Of a DNA stretch of 64,000 nt, positions 8,929 to 18,260 are shown piece by piece. The notes beneath the pieces are model-generated. The model did not search any database. It was not told the origin of the DNA and saw nothing but the letters and a program-made list of their open reading frames with translations. Position 1 is the stretch's first letter. Each line of letters opens with the position of its first letter. Position numbers and translations under genes: made by a program. Source of the DNA: Spirochaetota bacterium (lineage in GTDB: Bacteria; Spirochaetota; UBA4802; UBA5550); contig CAXXHB010000003.1 of the NCBI GenBank assembly GCA_963664815.2, forward strand, positions 1,376,001-1,440,000. The letters are read 5' to 3'.

Positions 8929-9312
8929 ATGAATAATTTATCTATCATATTTTATATTACAACATTCGTAGTTATTATTATTAGCAGATTCTTGTATGAT
9001 ATTGAAATCAAAAAAATGACTGATGAACAAAAGCTTATATTATTAAAAGAATTTAAAATAATTCATTTAATACCTTTGTTTTTAATGCATCTTTTAATAA
9101 TAATAGCAATAAATATAAATTTAAAATTTATTAAATTATTATTCATTGTAATCCTGCTTGAAATTAGCTATTTAATTACTTATGAAAAGTTTAGATATGA
9201 AAGATTAAAAAAGAGCAGTTTTGATAATTCGCATATTAAGAAAAATATAATTTATTCTTCACTGAGTCTCGGTGCATTTATATTTATATTATTTGTATTT
9301 TATTTAATTTGA
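8929..9312 (+). CDS. hypothetical small membrane protein (cassette remnant)
   Basis: About four hydrophobic segments; followed by core site GCATAAC at 9336-9342. Confidence 0.55.
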   Translation: MNNLSIIFYITTFVVIIISRFLYDIEIKKMTDEQKLILLKEFKIIHLIPLFLMHLLIIIAININLKFIKLLFIVILLEISYLITYEKFRYERLKKSSFDNSHIKKNIIYSSLSLGAFIFILFVFYLI

Positions 9313-9398
9313 AAACATAATTGATAAATCACTACGCATAACGAGACTGTAGAGAAAGTATAAATTGATTTAAATTTAACAGTAGTTATGTGTTAATA

Positions 9399-9518
9399 TG
9401 TCCATTGGAGGCTGCCAATGGACAGGTATAAATACCATTCGTATGAGCATGGAGTAATGATGCCTGTAAATTCAACACACAGATACTTTCCGGGGCAATT
9501 GAACATACTCTTTTTAAC
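9399..9518 (+). repeat. repeat C copy 2 with palindrome and degenerate B end
   Basis: TGTCCATTGG-AGGCTG-CCAATGGACA palindrome, then the C segment, then ..ATACTCTTTTTAAC|GTT. Confidence 0.75.
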
Positions 9519-10030
9519 GTTATGCAAAAGCCTGAAAATTTTTTGAGGTAGTTAATGGAATCTTTTGAATTAAAAGGAAACAACGGTTTTATCAAATTTA
9601 CTATAATAGAATTACCCGAATTTCCGAATCGCACACATTTTACTGGTGGCTATGATTGTAAAATCAATATTGAAATCAAAGCTGGAATATTCACAGGAAA
9701 TGGTGAGTTATGGAGTTCTACTGGAGAACTATTTCAATTTTATTCATCATTGAAAAAATCTTATGAAACTCTTGAAGGTGAAATAAACTATTATAATTAT
9801 GAATCAAATATATCTATTCACTTAAATTTTGATTTCTCTGGTCATTGTATAATTACTGGCGAGTACTATAATTATTCTGATTCGGCGAATGTATTAAATT
9901 TCAGAATTGAAAGTGATCAATCATATATTAAAGAAAGTTTGTTTGAATTAGAAAAAATATCGAATAAATATGGCGGGATGCTAGGTGTAAAACAAAAATA
10001 AATGTATTAATTGTCAGGCTATTGCATAAC
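9519..10030 (+). mobile_element. gene cassette carrying WapI-like gene
   Basis: GTTATGCAAAAGCCTGAAAATT versus AATTGTCAGGCTATTGCATAAC (20/22 inverted match). Confidence 0.85.
9555..10001 (+). CDS. putative WapI-like immunity protein
   Basis: ELFQFYSSLKKSYETLEG..YE..GH...G...ESDQSYI pattern recalled for WapI-family proteins. Confidence 0.5.
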   Translation: MESFELKGNNGFIKFTIIELPEFPNRTHFTGGYDCKINIEIKAGIFTGNGELWSSTGELFQFYSSLKKSYETLEGEINYYNYESNISIHLNFDFSGHCIITGEYYNYSDSANVLNFRIESDQSYIKESLFELEKISNKYGGMLGVKQK

Positions 10031-10147
10031 TTATAGAAGTCATAAAGTAGCTGCCCAAAAGAATAGTTATCAATTACGGTGGTATATAAATATTATGCAG
10101 ATAGTTTTAAGTTTCAGACAACAGCAATGCTAAGACATTTGTTGGAC
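10024..10147 (+). repeat. attC-like repeat A, copy 3 (diverged)
   Basis: GCATAAC TTATAGAAGTCATAAAGTAGCTGCCC...GCTAAGACATTTGTTGGAC, followed by the same Y tail. Confidence 0.8.
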
Positions 10148-10227
10148 GAAACCACTGGCATCGGGCAGAACATACTTCGTTTTTAAGCTCATAACAATCA
10201 TGGGAATTTGAATCCTGTTTTCTACTG

Positions 10228-10269
10228 GTATCTCAATCAGTGAAGATTGACTGAGATACTCTTCTTAAC
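10228..10269 (+). repeat. hairpin repeat B, copy 3
   Basis: GTATCTCAATCAGTGAAGATTGACTGAGATACTCTTCTTAAC|GTT. Confidence 0.85.
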
Positions 10270-10378
10270 GTTATATGAAAGTGAGCCCCATTCAATAGTA
10301 CGCCAAAATCTTATCTCCGTATAAATATTTTGCTCGTGTTTCTATGTTGGATTCCAGCTTTTCATCCAAATTTTCAGT

Positions 10379-10411
10379 TGCAATTAATTATAAAGATTAT
10401 TACTTTGTAAT
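10379..10411 (+). promoter_or_regulatory. TA promoter with operator palindrome
   Basis: TTGCAA -35-like hexamer; ATTAC-TTT-GTAAT palindrome at 10399-10411. Confidence 0.5.
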
Positions 10412-10431
10412 TACATAAAAGAGGTGCTGTT

Positions 10432-10677
10432 ATGATAGCAAAAATAATTCAAATAGGAAATTCAAAAGGAATACGGATTCCAAATCAGGTTTTAAAAGAA
10501 ATGAATATTGAAAATCAGATAGAACTTATAATAAGTGATAAAAAAGATGAAATAATCCTTAAACCAATTCATAAAGCCCGGGAAGGGTGGAATGAATCAT
10601 TTAAGAAAATGAGAACTGCTTATGATGATAAACTTATCATTGATGATTCATTAGATTTGAATGATTGGGAATGGTGA
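10432..10677 (+). CDS. mazE: AbrB/MazE antitoxin
   Basis: KIIQIGNSKGIRIP; acidic C-terminus ..DWEW. Confidence 0.85.
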   Translation: MIAKIIQIGNSKGIRIPNQVLKEMNIENQIELIISDKKDEIILKPIHKAREGWNESFKKMRTAYDDKLIIDDSLDLNDWEW

Positions 10678-10680
10678 GAA

Positions 10681-11004
10681 ATGGAGATTTTACAATATAG
10701 CATATATCTGGTGAATCTAGATCCGACAATAGGGCATGAAATTAAAAAAACCCGTCCATGCCTTGTTATATCACCAGATGAAATGAATCTGAATATTCAA
10801 ACAGTTATAATTGCTCCAATGACAACTAAGTCTCATAAATATCCAACCAGAGTTCAGGTGACTGTTCAGGATAAAAAAGGATGGATAGTGTTAGATCAAA
10901 TAAGAACAATAGATAATCAGCGGCTCATCAAAAAAATCGGTAAAATTAATAATGAAACAATAAAACAAGTCAAGGGTGTCATCAAAGAGATGCTTGTTGA
11001 TTAA
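10681..11004 (+). CDS. mazF: PemK/MazF toxin
   Basis: VNLDPTIGHEIKKTRPCLVIS, APMTT and DQIRTID motifs. Confidence 0.9.
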   Translation: MEILQYSIYLVNLDPTIGHEIKKTRPCLVISPDEMNLNIQTVIIAPMTTKSHKYPTRVQVTVQDKKGWIVLDQIRTIDNQRLIKKIGKINNETIKQVKGVIKEMLVD

Positions 11005-11057
11005 CTTCACGTAGAAATATATTATTCAATTTGTTGTTCGCATTGGGCTTCAACTTC

Positions 11058-11119
11058 ATATAACTTATAGAAATCTTAATGCAGCAGCCCAAAAAAACCG
11101 CTGGTCTTTATCAGCGGTA
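11058..11119 (+). repeat. attC-like repeat A, copy 4 (5' half only)
   Basis: ATATAAC TTATAGAAATCTTAATGCAGCAGCCC...TCAGCGGTA, cut off by an IS21-like end. Confidence 0.8.
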
Positions 11120-11170
11120 TGTCAACACCAATTAGAACTTGCCGCTTTTCACCGATATAATTTTGCCGGT
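11120..11170 (+). mobile_element. IS21-family-like terminal repeat, copy 2
   Basis: TGTCAACACCAATTAGAACTTGCCGCTTTTCACCGATATAATTTTGCCGG. Confidence 0.65.
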
Positions 11171-11178
11171 ATATAAAA

Positions 11179-11850
11179 TTACCATAAATAAGGTAAAAGT
11201 CTATACCTGGTTTTATAAATATAATCAGAATAACCTTTGAGTTCATTCTTCAGGGTTTTATCCTCCAGGTATGTTCTTACTATATTAAGAATTATTAACA
11301 TACCTGCAGGTATTATACTCCATAAAGAACCAAATAACAATGGGAATCCAAGTGTCTGGATAATTATTCCCATATAGCCGGGATGTCTTACAGATTTATA
11401 CAGGCCGGTATCACAGACCACATGTCCTCTGTCTTTCTGAATCCTGACAGTACTTGAAAAAAATCTGTTCTGCTTTTGCGCGACCAGAAATAAAAGTTGT
11501 CCTGTCACAGTGAGCAATATGCCCGCCACTGACAGGCTCCAATGAAAAACAGGGGACCATTGGAAGCGGCCGGAATCGAGTCCGGCTGTAATATACATGC
11601 ATATTGTAGCTGAGAATGATAATAGTAAAACGACCTTATCCCAGCTTTTAATTCCTTCTCCCGGTTTTGAACGTTCTTTCATCAGATCGGGTTCCGGCTT
11701 CAAAGCCGTGTAGTTTAAAATCAGCATAACAAGTCCTAAAGATGCATAAATCAGTCCCTGCATATATTTCAGGCGGCCTGCACTGACAAAAATAAGAGTA
11801 AAAAATATTAAAGTACCAACAACCTGCTTAATAAAAAGATTTGCCTTCAT
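11179..11850 (-). CDS. isoprenylcysteine carboxyl methyltransferase (ICMT/PEMT) family protein
   Basis: NRFFSSTVRIQKDRGH, GLYKSVRHPGY, RTYLEDKTL and YRLLPYLW motifs. Confidence 0.85.
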   Translation of the reverse strand: MKANLFIKQVVGTLIFFTLIFVSAGRLKYMQGLIYASLGLVMLILNYTALKPEPDLMKERSKPGEGIKSWDKVVLLLSFSATICMYITAGLDSGRFQWSPVFHWSLSVAGILLTVTGQLLFLVAQKQNRFFSSTVRIQKDRGHVVCDTGLYKSVRHPGYMGIIIQTLGFPLLFGSLWSIIPAGMLIILNIVRTYLEDKTLKNELKGYSDYIYKTRYRLLPYLW

Positions 11851-11953
11851 ATTAACACCTTATAAAATTAGTTTGTGAATAAACAATTATCATAAAAAAG
11901 AGAGACAGTAAAGGGCCAATTTCCAGGTATTTTACTCAGCCAATTTAAATAAT

Positions 11954-13420
11954 ATGATACTTACAGTTGATAAAAATTTAAAGATTCCGGTGTTTGAACA
12001 GATTCTCAGGCAAATAACCGGTATGATAAATAACGGCACATTAAAAGCCGGTGACAGACTCCTGTCAACACGTGAGCTGGCTGAATTGTCGGGAGTAAGC
12101 AGGTCGACTGTCAGCCGTGTATATGAAGAACTGTGGGCACAGGGGTATATTGAAAGCACTCCCGGATCATATACAACTGTAAGAAAAAGAAAAATTACAC
12201 AGTCAAATGGAGAAGAATACAGCAAATATAATAATCCGGAAATAAATTTTTTCAGAGACACACATGGTCTGCCATACGACCCGATGATGTATTACCTTGA
12301 AAACGGTAAAAATATAGAAAAAGGGAAGATAAATTTTTTACAGTTATCTCCGGACACACGGCTGCTTAACTGGAATAAAGTAAAAGCATGTATGAGAGAT
12401 GCCCTCAATGAAACAGAAATTGATCCCTTTGATTTCGCCCCTGCGAGAGGATTCCCGCCGCTGAGACAGGAAATTGCCAGACATATGAAGCTTCACAATA
12501 TTCCGGTGGATGACAAAAACATACTTGTTACAAATAGTTCACTTCAGTCGCTGCAACTGATCTTTCAGACATTCTCCAGGCCTGGAGATTGTATTGTTAT
12601 TGAAAAGCCGACCTATTCGATTATCCTGTTATTTATAAAAATATTCCAGCTTCAGGCTGTTGAGATACCGATTACCGGCGAAGGAATGGATCTGAAAATA
12701 CTGGAAAAGGTATTAAATGAGAAATCTGTAAAATTTATCTACACAATGCCTGCATACCAGAATCCAACAGGGATATCTATGCCTCAGGACAAAAAAGAAG
12801 CGCTTCTTAATTTATGCAGAAACAGGGATTGTATAATCATTGAAGATGGTTTTGAAGAAGAAATTAAATATAAAGGAGAGGCACATAAACCACTCAAATC
12901 AATGGATATAAGCGGGCAGGTAATTTATCTTGGCGCTTTTACAAAAATACTGGCTCCGGGATTAAGGATGGGCTGGTTAATTGCCACGGCGGAGTGTATA
13001 AAAAAACTGACAGTATTAAAATCGATATTCGAAATATCATCCGGTTCAATAAATCAGATATTCCTCAATAATTTCATTCAAAACGGTGCTTTTGAATTGT
13101 ATCTCAGGAAAACCAGGAATGTCTTTAAAAAAAGAATGGAAATTGCTGTTAATTCGATAAAAAAATATGTCCCTCCCGAAAAGATCGAATGGACAGAACC
13201 AGATGGAGGTTATATGATATGGATAAAGCTGTTGACCCGGTTAATGGATAATATAGAAAATCATTTTACAGACTACGGAGTAATGGTTCATAACGGCAAA
13301 TACTTTTTTTTAAACGAGCCGTGCTTTAATTATATCCGTTTATGCATAGCGCAGACAAATGAGAGTGAAATAGAAGAGGGTATAAAAAGAATAGGAGAAG
13401 CCATCAAAGCCCTTGAATAA
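11954..13420 (+). CDS. MocR/GabR-family GntR regulator with aminotransferase-like domain
   Basis: N-terminal GntR HTH (GDRLLSTRELA..VSRSTV); QNPTG and K..APGLRMGW. Confidence 0.9.
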   Translation: MILTVDKNLKIPVFEQILRQITGMINNGTLKAGDRLLSTRELAELSGVSRSTVSRVYEELWAQGYIESTPGSYTTVRKRKITQSNGEEYSKYNNPEINFFRDTHGLPYDPMMYYLENGKNIEKGKINFLQLSPDTRLLNWNKVKACMRDALNETEIDPFDFAPARGFPPLRQEIARHMKLHNIPVDDKNILVTNSSLQSLQLIFQTFSRPGDCIVIEKPTYSIILLFIKIFQLQAVEIPITGEGMDLKILEKVLNEKSVKFIYTMPAYQNPTGISMPQDKKEALLNLCRNRDCIIIEDGFEEEIKYKGEAHKPLKSMDISGQVIYLGAFTKILAPGLRMGWLIATAECIKKLTVLKSIFEISSGSINQIFLNNFIQNGAFELYLRKTRNVFKKRMEIAVNSIKKYVPPEKIEWTEPDGGYMIWIKLLTRLMDNIENHFTDYGVMVHNGKYFFLNEPCFNYIRLCIAQTNESEIEEGIKRIGEAIKALE

Positions 13421-13656
13421 CATCGGGATTTTTTAATAACATGTAGTAATAATCCGGTGATTTTACCGGGGAGAATAAACCCGTAAATAATTATTTCTTC
13501 AGTCGTCGTACAGACCTTGAACAGCGATCTCATACAAGGTCTCAAAACCACGGACATACCGCTATGTGCCAAAATAATCCATTACTTCTGAAATCATTTA
13601 AATTTGATTGACTTTCATGCCGAATGTATTACTGTTTGTATTACGGGGGCTTTAAA

Positions 13657-13905
13657 ATGATTTCATTAAGATTATCTGATGATTTAGATGAAAAATTAAA
13701 CCAAGTAGCAAAAAACGAGAAAATTTCAAAATCTGAAGTTGTTAAAAGAGCACTCGTTCTGTATTTCGAAGATTATCAGAGAACACACTCACCATATGAT
13801 TTAGGTGCTGATCTTTTTGGAAAGTTCGGTAGTGGTGACGGAGATCTGTCACAAAATTATAAAGAAATTTTGAAAGGCAAACTCCGTGAAAAACATTCTC
13901 GTTGA
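13657..13905 (+). CDS. CopG/RHH antitoxin
   Basis: MISLRLSDDLDEKL...SKSEVVKRAL; GSGDGDLS; overlaps the PIN gene. Confidence 0.8.
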   Translation: MISLRLSDDLDEKLNQVAKNEKISKSEVVKRALVLYFEDYQRTHSPYDLGADLFGKFGSGDGDLSQNYKEILKGKLREKHSR

Positions 13906-14311
13906 TGCAGGCCCGTTAATTGCTTTATTTGATAAAGATGATAAATATCATATTCCTGTGATAAAATTCCTGAAACAATTCAATGGAAATCTGATTACTA
14001 CATGGCCGGTAATTACAGAAGTTACACATCTATTGAGTTTCAACATTAATGTTCAGATTGATTTCCTGGAATGGCTGAAACGTGAAGCTATTACTATAAT
14101 AAATTTAGAAAACATCCATTTAGACAGGATAATACAATTATCAAAGAAATACTCTGATGTTCCAATGGATCTTGCAGATTCATCATTGATCATAGTTGCC
14201 GAGTTAACAAACATTCATGACATAATAACGATTGATTCAGATTACTATATTTACAAAATAAAAAACAAAAAATCATTGAATAATTTACTTTTGCCTTTTC
14301 TCAATAATTGA
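13886..14311 (+). CDS. PIN-domain (VapC-like) toxin
   Basis: ILVDAGPLIAL, TWPVITE, MDLADSSL and ITIDSDY motifs. Confidence 0.85.
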   Translation: MKNILVDAGPLIALFDKDDKYHIPVIKFLKQFNGNLITTWPVITEVTHLLSFNINVQIDFLEWLKREAITIINLENIHLDRIIQLSKKYSDVPMDLADSSLIIVAELTNIHDIITIDSDYYIYKIKNKKSLNNLLLPFLNN

Positions 14312-14439
14312 TGTAATACAAAAAGAGAGCGGCACCTTTGTGCCGGGATAGTTGTCGCCTGATAACGGTCACGAATCTTAAGATCGGCACGTCCTGTGCG
14401 GTTAAGAAATAAAAACGTAATTATCAAATGTAATTGTTC

Positions 14440-14486
14440 TTGACATTTTTATATTACTCAAATATATGACTACCGAACGGTAGTTA
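14440..14486 (+). promoter_or_regulatory. sigma70 promoter with TetR-type operator
   Basis: TTGACA at 14440; palindrome ACTACCG-AA-CGGTAGT at 14469-14484. Confidence 0.7.
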
Positions 14487-14508
14487 GTTAAATTGAGGGT
14501 TAATAAAT

Positions 14509-15099
14509 TTGTCGACAAAAGAAAAAATAAAAACAGCTGCATTTTCTTTATTCGCAAAGAACGGTTATGCCGGAACATCCATGAATGATATAGCTGGGGC
14601 AGTTGGTATAAACAAAGCATCTCTTTATTCTCACTTCAGCAGCAAAGAGGAAATTTTTCTGAACATATATGAAAGTGTTGCAAAAGACTATGAAACGCTT
14701 TATGAAAGAATAATTGAAGATTCAAAACAATTTAATGTTGAAAAACGGTTACAATACATTTTTCATAATTATATTCTGCATTTTTATCAAAATCCTGATA
14801 TCCAGTCTTTCTGGAACCAGTTGAACTTCTATACACCTCCGGAGATCCATGAAAAGTATTATAACGACATCTCTGTACGTAATAAAAAGTATTCAGGTAA
14901 AATGATAAAGATATTTGAAGATGCCATGAAGCAGGGTGCTTTAAGGAGGGGTGATGCCGAAAAAATGTATGTTTCATTCTGGGCTATGTGCGAGGGAGCA
15001 TTATCAGTAATGCTTGCGATAAAAAAAACTGATGAGATCCGGATCGATAATTTCTGGGTTGATCTCTGGTCCGGTTTCAGGGGAGGAAAACTGAAATGA
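14509..15099 (+). CDS. TetR/AcrR family regulator
   Basis: AAFSLFAKNGYAGTSMNDIAGAVGINKASLYSHFSSKEEIF. Confidence 0.92.
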   Translation: MSTKEKIKTAAFSLFAKNGYAGTSMNDIAGAVGINKASLYSHFSSKEEIFLNIYESVAKDYETLYERIIEDSKQFNVEKRLQYIFHNYILHFYQNPDIQSFWNQLNFYTPPEIHEKYYNDISVRNKKYSGKMIKIFEDAMKQGALRRGDAEKMYVSFWAMCEGALSVMLAIKKTDEIRIDNFWVDLWSGFRGGKLK

Positions 15100-16520
15100 C
15101 AGACAGAACAGTAGTTAATGAATTGTGGCGCATGAGCGCATTTGATTTAGCCGGGGGTATCCGCAGAAAAGATTTTTCATGCAGTGAGGTAGTTAAGGCG
15201 CATTTGACAAGGATTGACCAGGTTAATCCTCTTGTTAATGCCGTAACTGTTAAACTTGAAGAGCGGGCACTTTCAATGGCAAAGGCGGCAGATAACAAGC
15301 CGTCAGGGAATAAGCCTGCGGGCAGGCTTCATGGAGTACCATTTACTGTAAAAGAAAATCTTGATCTTTCGGGTTCCGCGACAACCTCGGGGATGGTGGT
15401 GTGTAAAGATGCGTTAAGTCCGGTTGATGCACCGCATATAGCCCAGCTTATTGATGCCGGCGCAATACCAATCGCGCGTACAAATCTGTCAGAAATGTCG
15501 TTACGGCCGCATACCGACAATGAGCTTAACGGCCCTACGCTGAACCCGTGGAACCGTGAACTGACGCCAGGCGGGTCAAGCGGCGGTGACGCAGTTGCTG
15601 TTGCGACAGGGATGACACCGCTTGGCATGGGTAACGATTATGGCGGATCTCTGAGGGCCCCTGCTCAATTCTGCGGTGTTACGTCCATTAAACCGACAAG
15701 CGGCCGGATTGCGAGCCATTCTGCGCTTGTACCGGCAGATCCGATGCTTACCCTGCAGCTTTTCTTCTCGAATGGACCAATTGCAAGGAGAGTCCGTGAT
15801 CTCCGGATTGCTCTTTATTCCATGAGCGGTTATGATGCAAGAGATCCTCAATGGATACCGGCACGGCTGGGTGACAGCAGCAGAAAAAAACCTTTAAAAA
15901 TTGCACTTGTTAAAGATCCTTCAGGCATTGGAGTTGATGAAGTAACTGCAATGAGCATCAAAAAGGTGGCAGAATATCTTGAAGATTCTGGCTACATAGT
16001 AGAAGAGGCGGAACCCCCTTCAATAATAGAGGGGGGAAGGCTTTTTATTCAGCTGATTGCGACAGAGATGCGTACAATGTTTATGCCGGTTGCCGGTCAG
16101 TTTATGAGTGAAAAGATGAAAAAATTTTTACAATACTGGTTTGACATGTTTCCTGAAGATTCACTTGCAGGTTATATGAACGCCTTTGCGCTAAGGAATG
16201 GTATAGCAAGAGAGTGGAATATCTTTTTTGAAAAATATCCTGTAATTATAGGCCCAGGCTTTACATATTCTACTCCCGTGATCGATTTTGATATAAAAAG
16301 TGAAGAGAGCTTTTTATCTTTTATGAAAGGTTCAAGGCTGATATTTATGGCAAATCTGCTGGGCATCCCGGCTTTGAGTTTACCTGTGGGAACACATAAT
16401 GGGCTCCCGATGTCAGTACAATTGATCAGCGGAAGATTTTCTGAGGATACCTGTCTGGATGTTGCAGAGGATATTGAAAAGTATGTTGGAGAGATTACAC
16501 CAATTGACCCTGTTAAATGA
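15096..16520 (+). CDS. amidase-signature family enzyme
   Basis: GVPFTVKEN, TPGGSSGG and DYGGSLRAPA (Ser-cisSer-Lys triad). Confidence 0.92.
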   Translation: MTDRTVVNELWRMSAFDLAGGIRRKDFSCSEVVKAHLTRIDQVNPLVNAVTVKLEERALSMAKAADNKPSGNKPAGRLHGVPFTVKENLDLSGSATTSGMVVCKDALSPVDAPHIAQLIDAGAIPIARTNLSEMSLRPHTDNELNGPTLNPWNRELTPGGSSGGDAVAVATGMTPLGMGNDYGGSLRAPAQFCGVTSIKPTSGRIASHSALVPADPMLTLQLFFSNGPIARRVRDLRIALYSMSGYDARDPQWIPARLGDSSRKKPLKIALVKDPSGIGVDEVTAMSIKKVAEYLEDSGYIVEEAEPPSIIEGGRLFIQLIATEMRTMFMPVAGQFMSEKMKKFLQYWFDMFPEDSLAGYMNAFALRNGIAREWNIFFEKYPVIIGPGFTYSTPVIDFDIKSEESFLSFMKGSRLIFMANLLGIPALSLPVGTHNGLPMSVQLISGRFSEDTCLDVAEDIEKYVGEITPIDPVK

Positions 16521-16551
16521 CAGGGTTATAAAAAATTGGAGGTAAAAATAA

Positions 16552-16971
16552 ATGATTGCTAATGATGTAATTGATGAATTTTGTTCCCAAACACAAGCAG
16601 ATGAATTTAAAGAAATTGTTCATAATCTGTCTTCTATAATTTTATCAATAGATTCGGCGATATGTGTCTCGGTTAAATGGAAGAAACTTACATTTGCTTT
16701 AAATGATGATTTTCACCATTGGATTTGTGCAATTAATTTCACTAAAAAGGGTACAGTATTATATTTTCATTTTGGTGGACTTTTAAATGATGAATATAAT
16801 GTTCTTATTTCAGGAGAAAGCAGTTTCTTAAGAAAGATTGAATTTAAAACAGCGCAAGAGATTGATAAAAAAATTATAAAAAGCTATGTAAAGCAGGCAA
16901 TTTTAAGATTAGATTACTTCAGAGATAACTGGAAAGAGATCAATGCAAAAAATAAGTTGAATAAAAAATGA
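16552..16971 (+). CDS. DUF1801-like protein
   Basis: VKWKKLTF, LYFHFGGLLND and LRKIEF motifs. Confidence 0.65.
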   Translation: MIANDVIDEFCSQTQADEFKEIVHNLSSIILSIDSAICVSVKWKKLTFALNDDFHHWICAINFTKKGTVLYFHFGGLLNDEYNVLISGESSFLRKIEFKTAQEIDKKIIKSYVKQAILRLDYFRDNWKEINAKNKLNKK

Positions 16972-17300
16972 TAAATATCTGAACACTGCAAACAACAGAG
17001 GAGCATGCCGTAAAAGTATTCACATCCTGACGATAAAAGTCCGTCCAAAGATTTTTGAAAAATTAAATTTAACCGATTCTGATAAAAACAGGTTTGTAAA
17101 ATCATAAAAACATTTGGTTTCTGATAAGATTAGATCTCCTGAATCAGTGGTGGTTCATGATACTGAGGGTGCTTTAATACCCGGAAATTCCCGGATTAAA
17201 AAAAATAGTAATTGACAGGGCAGACCGGGAAATCAACTTTTTTAAAAAATACCGCATTCGTGATATTTAATGACAAACATCCTTCAGCAGAGGTTTAATT

Positions 17301-17915
17301 ATGTTTTCTATCCGATATAAATACATCAGTTATTTCTTTATTCTGCTGACAATTACTTGTTCCTTTTATTCCTGCACAACACTTCCGGAATTGCCTGAAT
17401 CTCCAAAAAAATATGATCCGGCTGATATGGCGCAAATTAAACTGATAAACGCAGATACAAATGGTTTTACCGAGCGTTTTGGTGGTGATGAATTTGAACT
17501 TTCATGCTGTTTCATTCCTGTAATACCGATCAGGAGGCATTTGGGCGCTATAGCCTTTAATGAAGACTTTATAGTATATGTAGATGAAAGCTGGGAAACA
17601 TACAACGGCAAATTTCTGGATAGAAAATATAAATTTAATGATAATGCTGTTTTTAATATACCTGCAGGAGAATATACAGTCTGTGCCTATAAACTGGCAA
17701 CTTATCCCAGTAAAAAGATCATAAAAAAATGTGTTGAAAACAAAACTTTCAAGTTTGAGCCGGGCGATAAGTATGAGATGTATATAACTTATTATACATC
17801 ATCTAAAACTGTAAATAACGGTAGAGGTTATACTACAACTTATACGTGGTTGTTGAATATTGCTGATATACGGAAAGTTGAAAATTTTAAACCCGCACAG
17901 CTTAATTTTAAATAA
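17301..17915 (+). CDS. hypothetical lipoprotein
   Basis: Signal peptide with FYSC lipobox. Confidence 0.55.
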   Translation: MFSIRYKYISYFFILLTITCSFYSCTTLPELPESPKKYDPADMAQIKLINADTNGFTERFGGDEFELSCCFIPVIPIRRHLGAIAFNEDFIVYVDESWETYNGKFLDRKYKFNDNAVFNIPAGEYTVCAYKLATYPSKKIIKKCVENKTFKFEPGDKYEMYITYYTSSKTVNNGRGYTTTYTWLLNIADIRKVENFKPAQLNFK

Positions 17916-17992
17916 GTATGAAAATAAATGTTCCGATTTTTGCTGATATATTAATCGCTTCGGTTTATAATAATTTTCGCACATTTGTTTAA

Positions 17993-18185
17993 TGAGAAAG
18001 TCCTCGGACTGATGAAAAGTAAGTGACCGGGAAACTTTTAATAAGAGGAGAAATTTCATAAATAGTAAGATTATCGGGATAAATGAGTAAAAAAGTCATG
18101 GAACATTAAGCTGAATATATAAGGGTAACAGTGGAAGAAACTTTGAATGCCTGGCCGGATGCTGGAGCGGATAAATCCTGTATGT
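17993..18185 (+). pseudogene. IS256-family transposase 5' fragment
   Basis: VTVEETLNAWPDAGADKSC resembles the IS256 N-terminal TVEETLNALLDAEADRLC; RBS GAGGAG followed by ATA. Confidence 0.55.
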
Positions 18186-18260
18186 TTGTAAATTAATATT
18201 TATTTTTGAGTTTTTTATATTTGTTCCAAAAAATGGATTTTCGCGCAATTGCAGGTAAAC

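Larger units (their letters stand above)
10270..11064 (+). mobile_element. gene cassette carrying MazEF TA pair
   Basis: GTTATATGAAAGTGAGCCC versus GGGCTTCAACTTCATATAAC inverted match with one gap. Confidence 0.8.

Noticed and set aside
2894-11119. Repeats A/B read as a CRISPR array
   Set aside because: Units are 45-125 bp, separated by whole genes at irregular spacing, and there are no cas genes
13561-14335. CopG-PIN module as a fully delimited cassette
   Set aside because: Only GCTATGTGCC and a 5-nt GGCAC match remain; suggestive but too short to call
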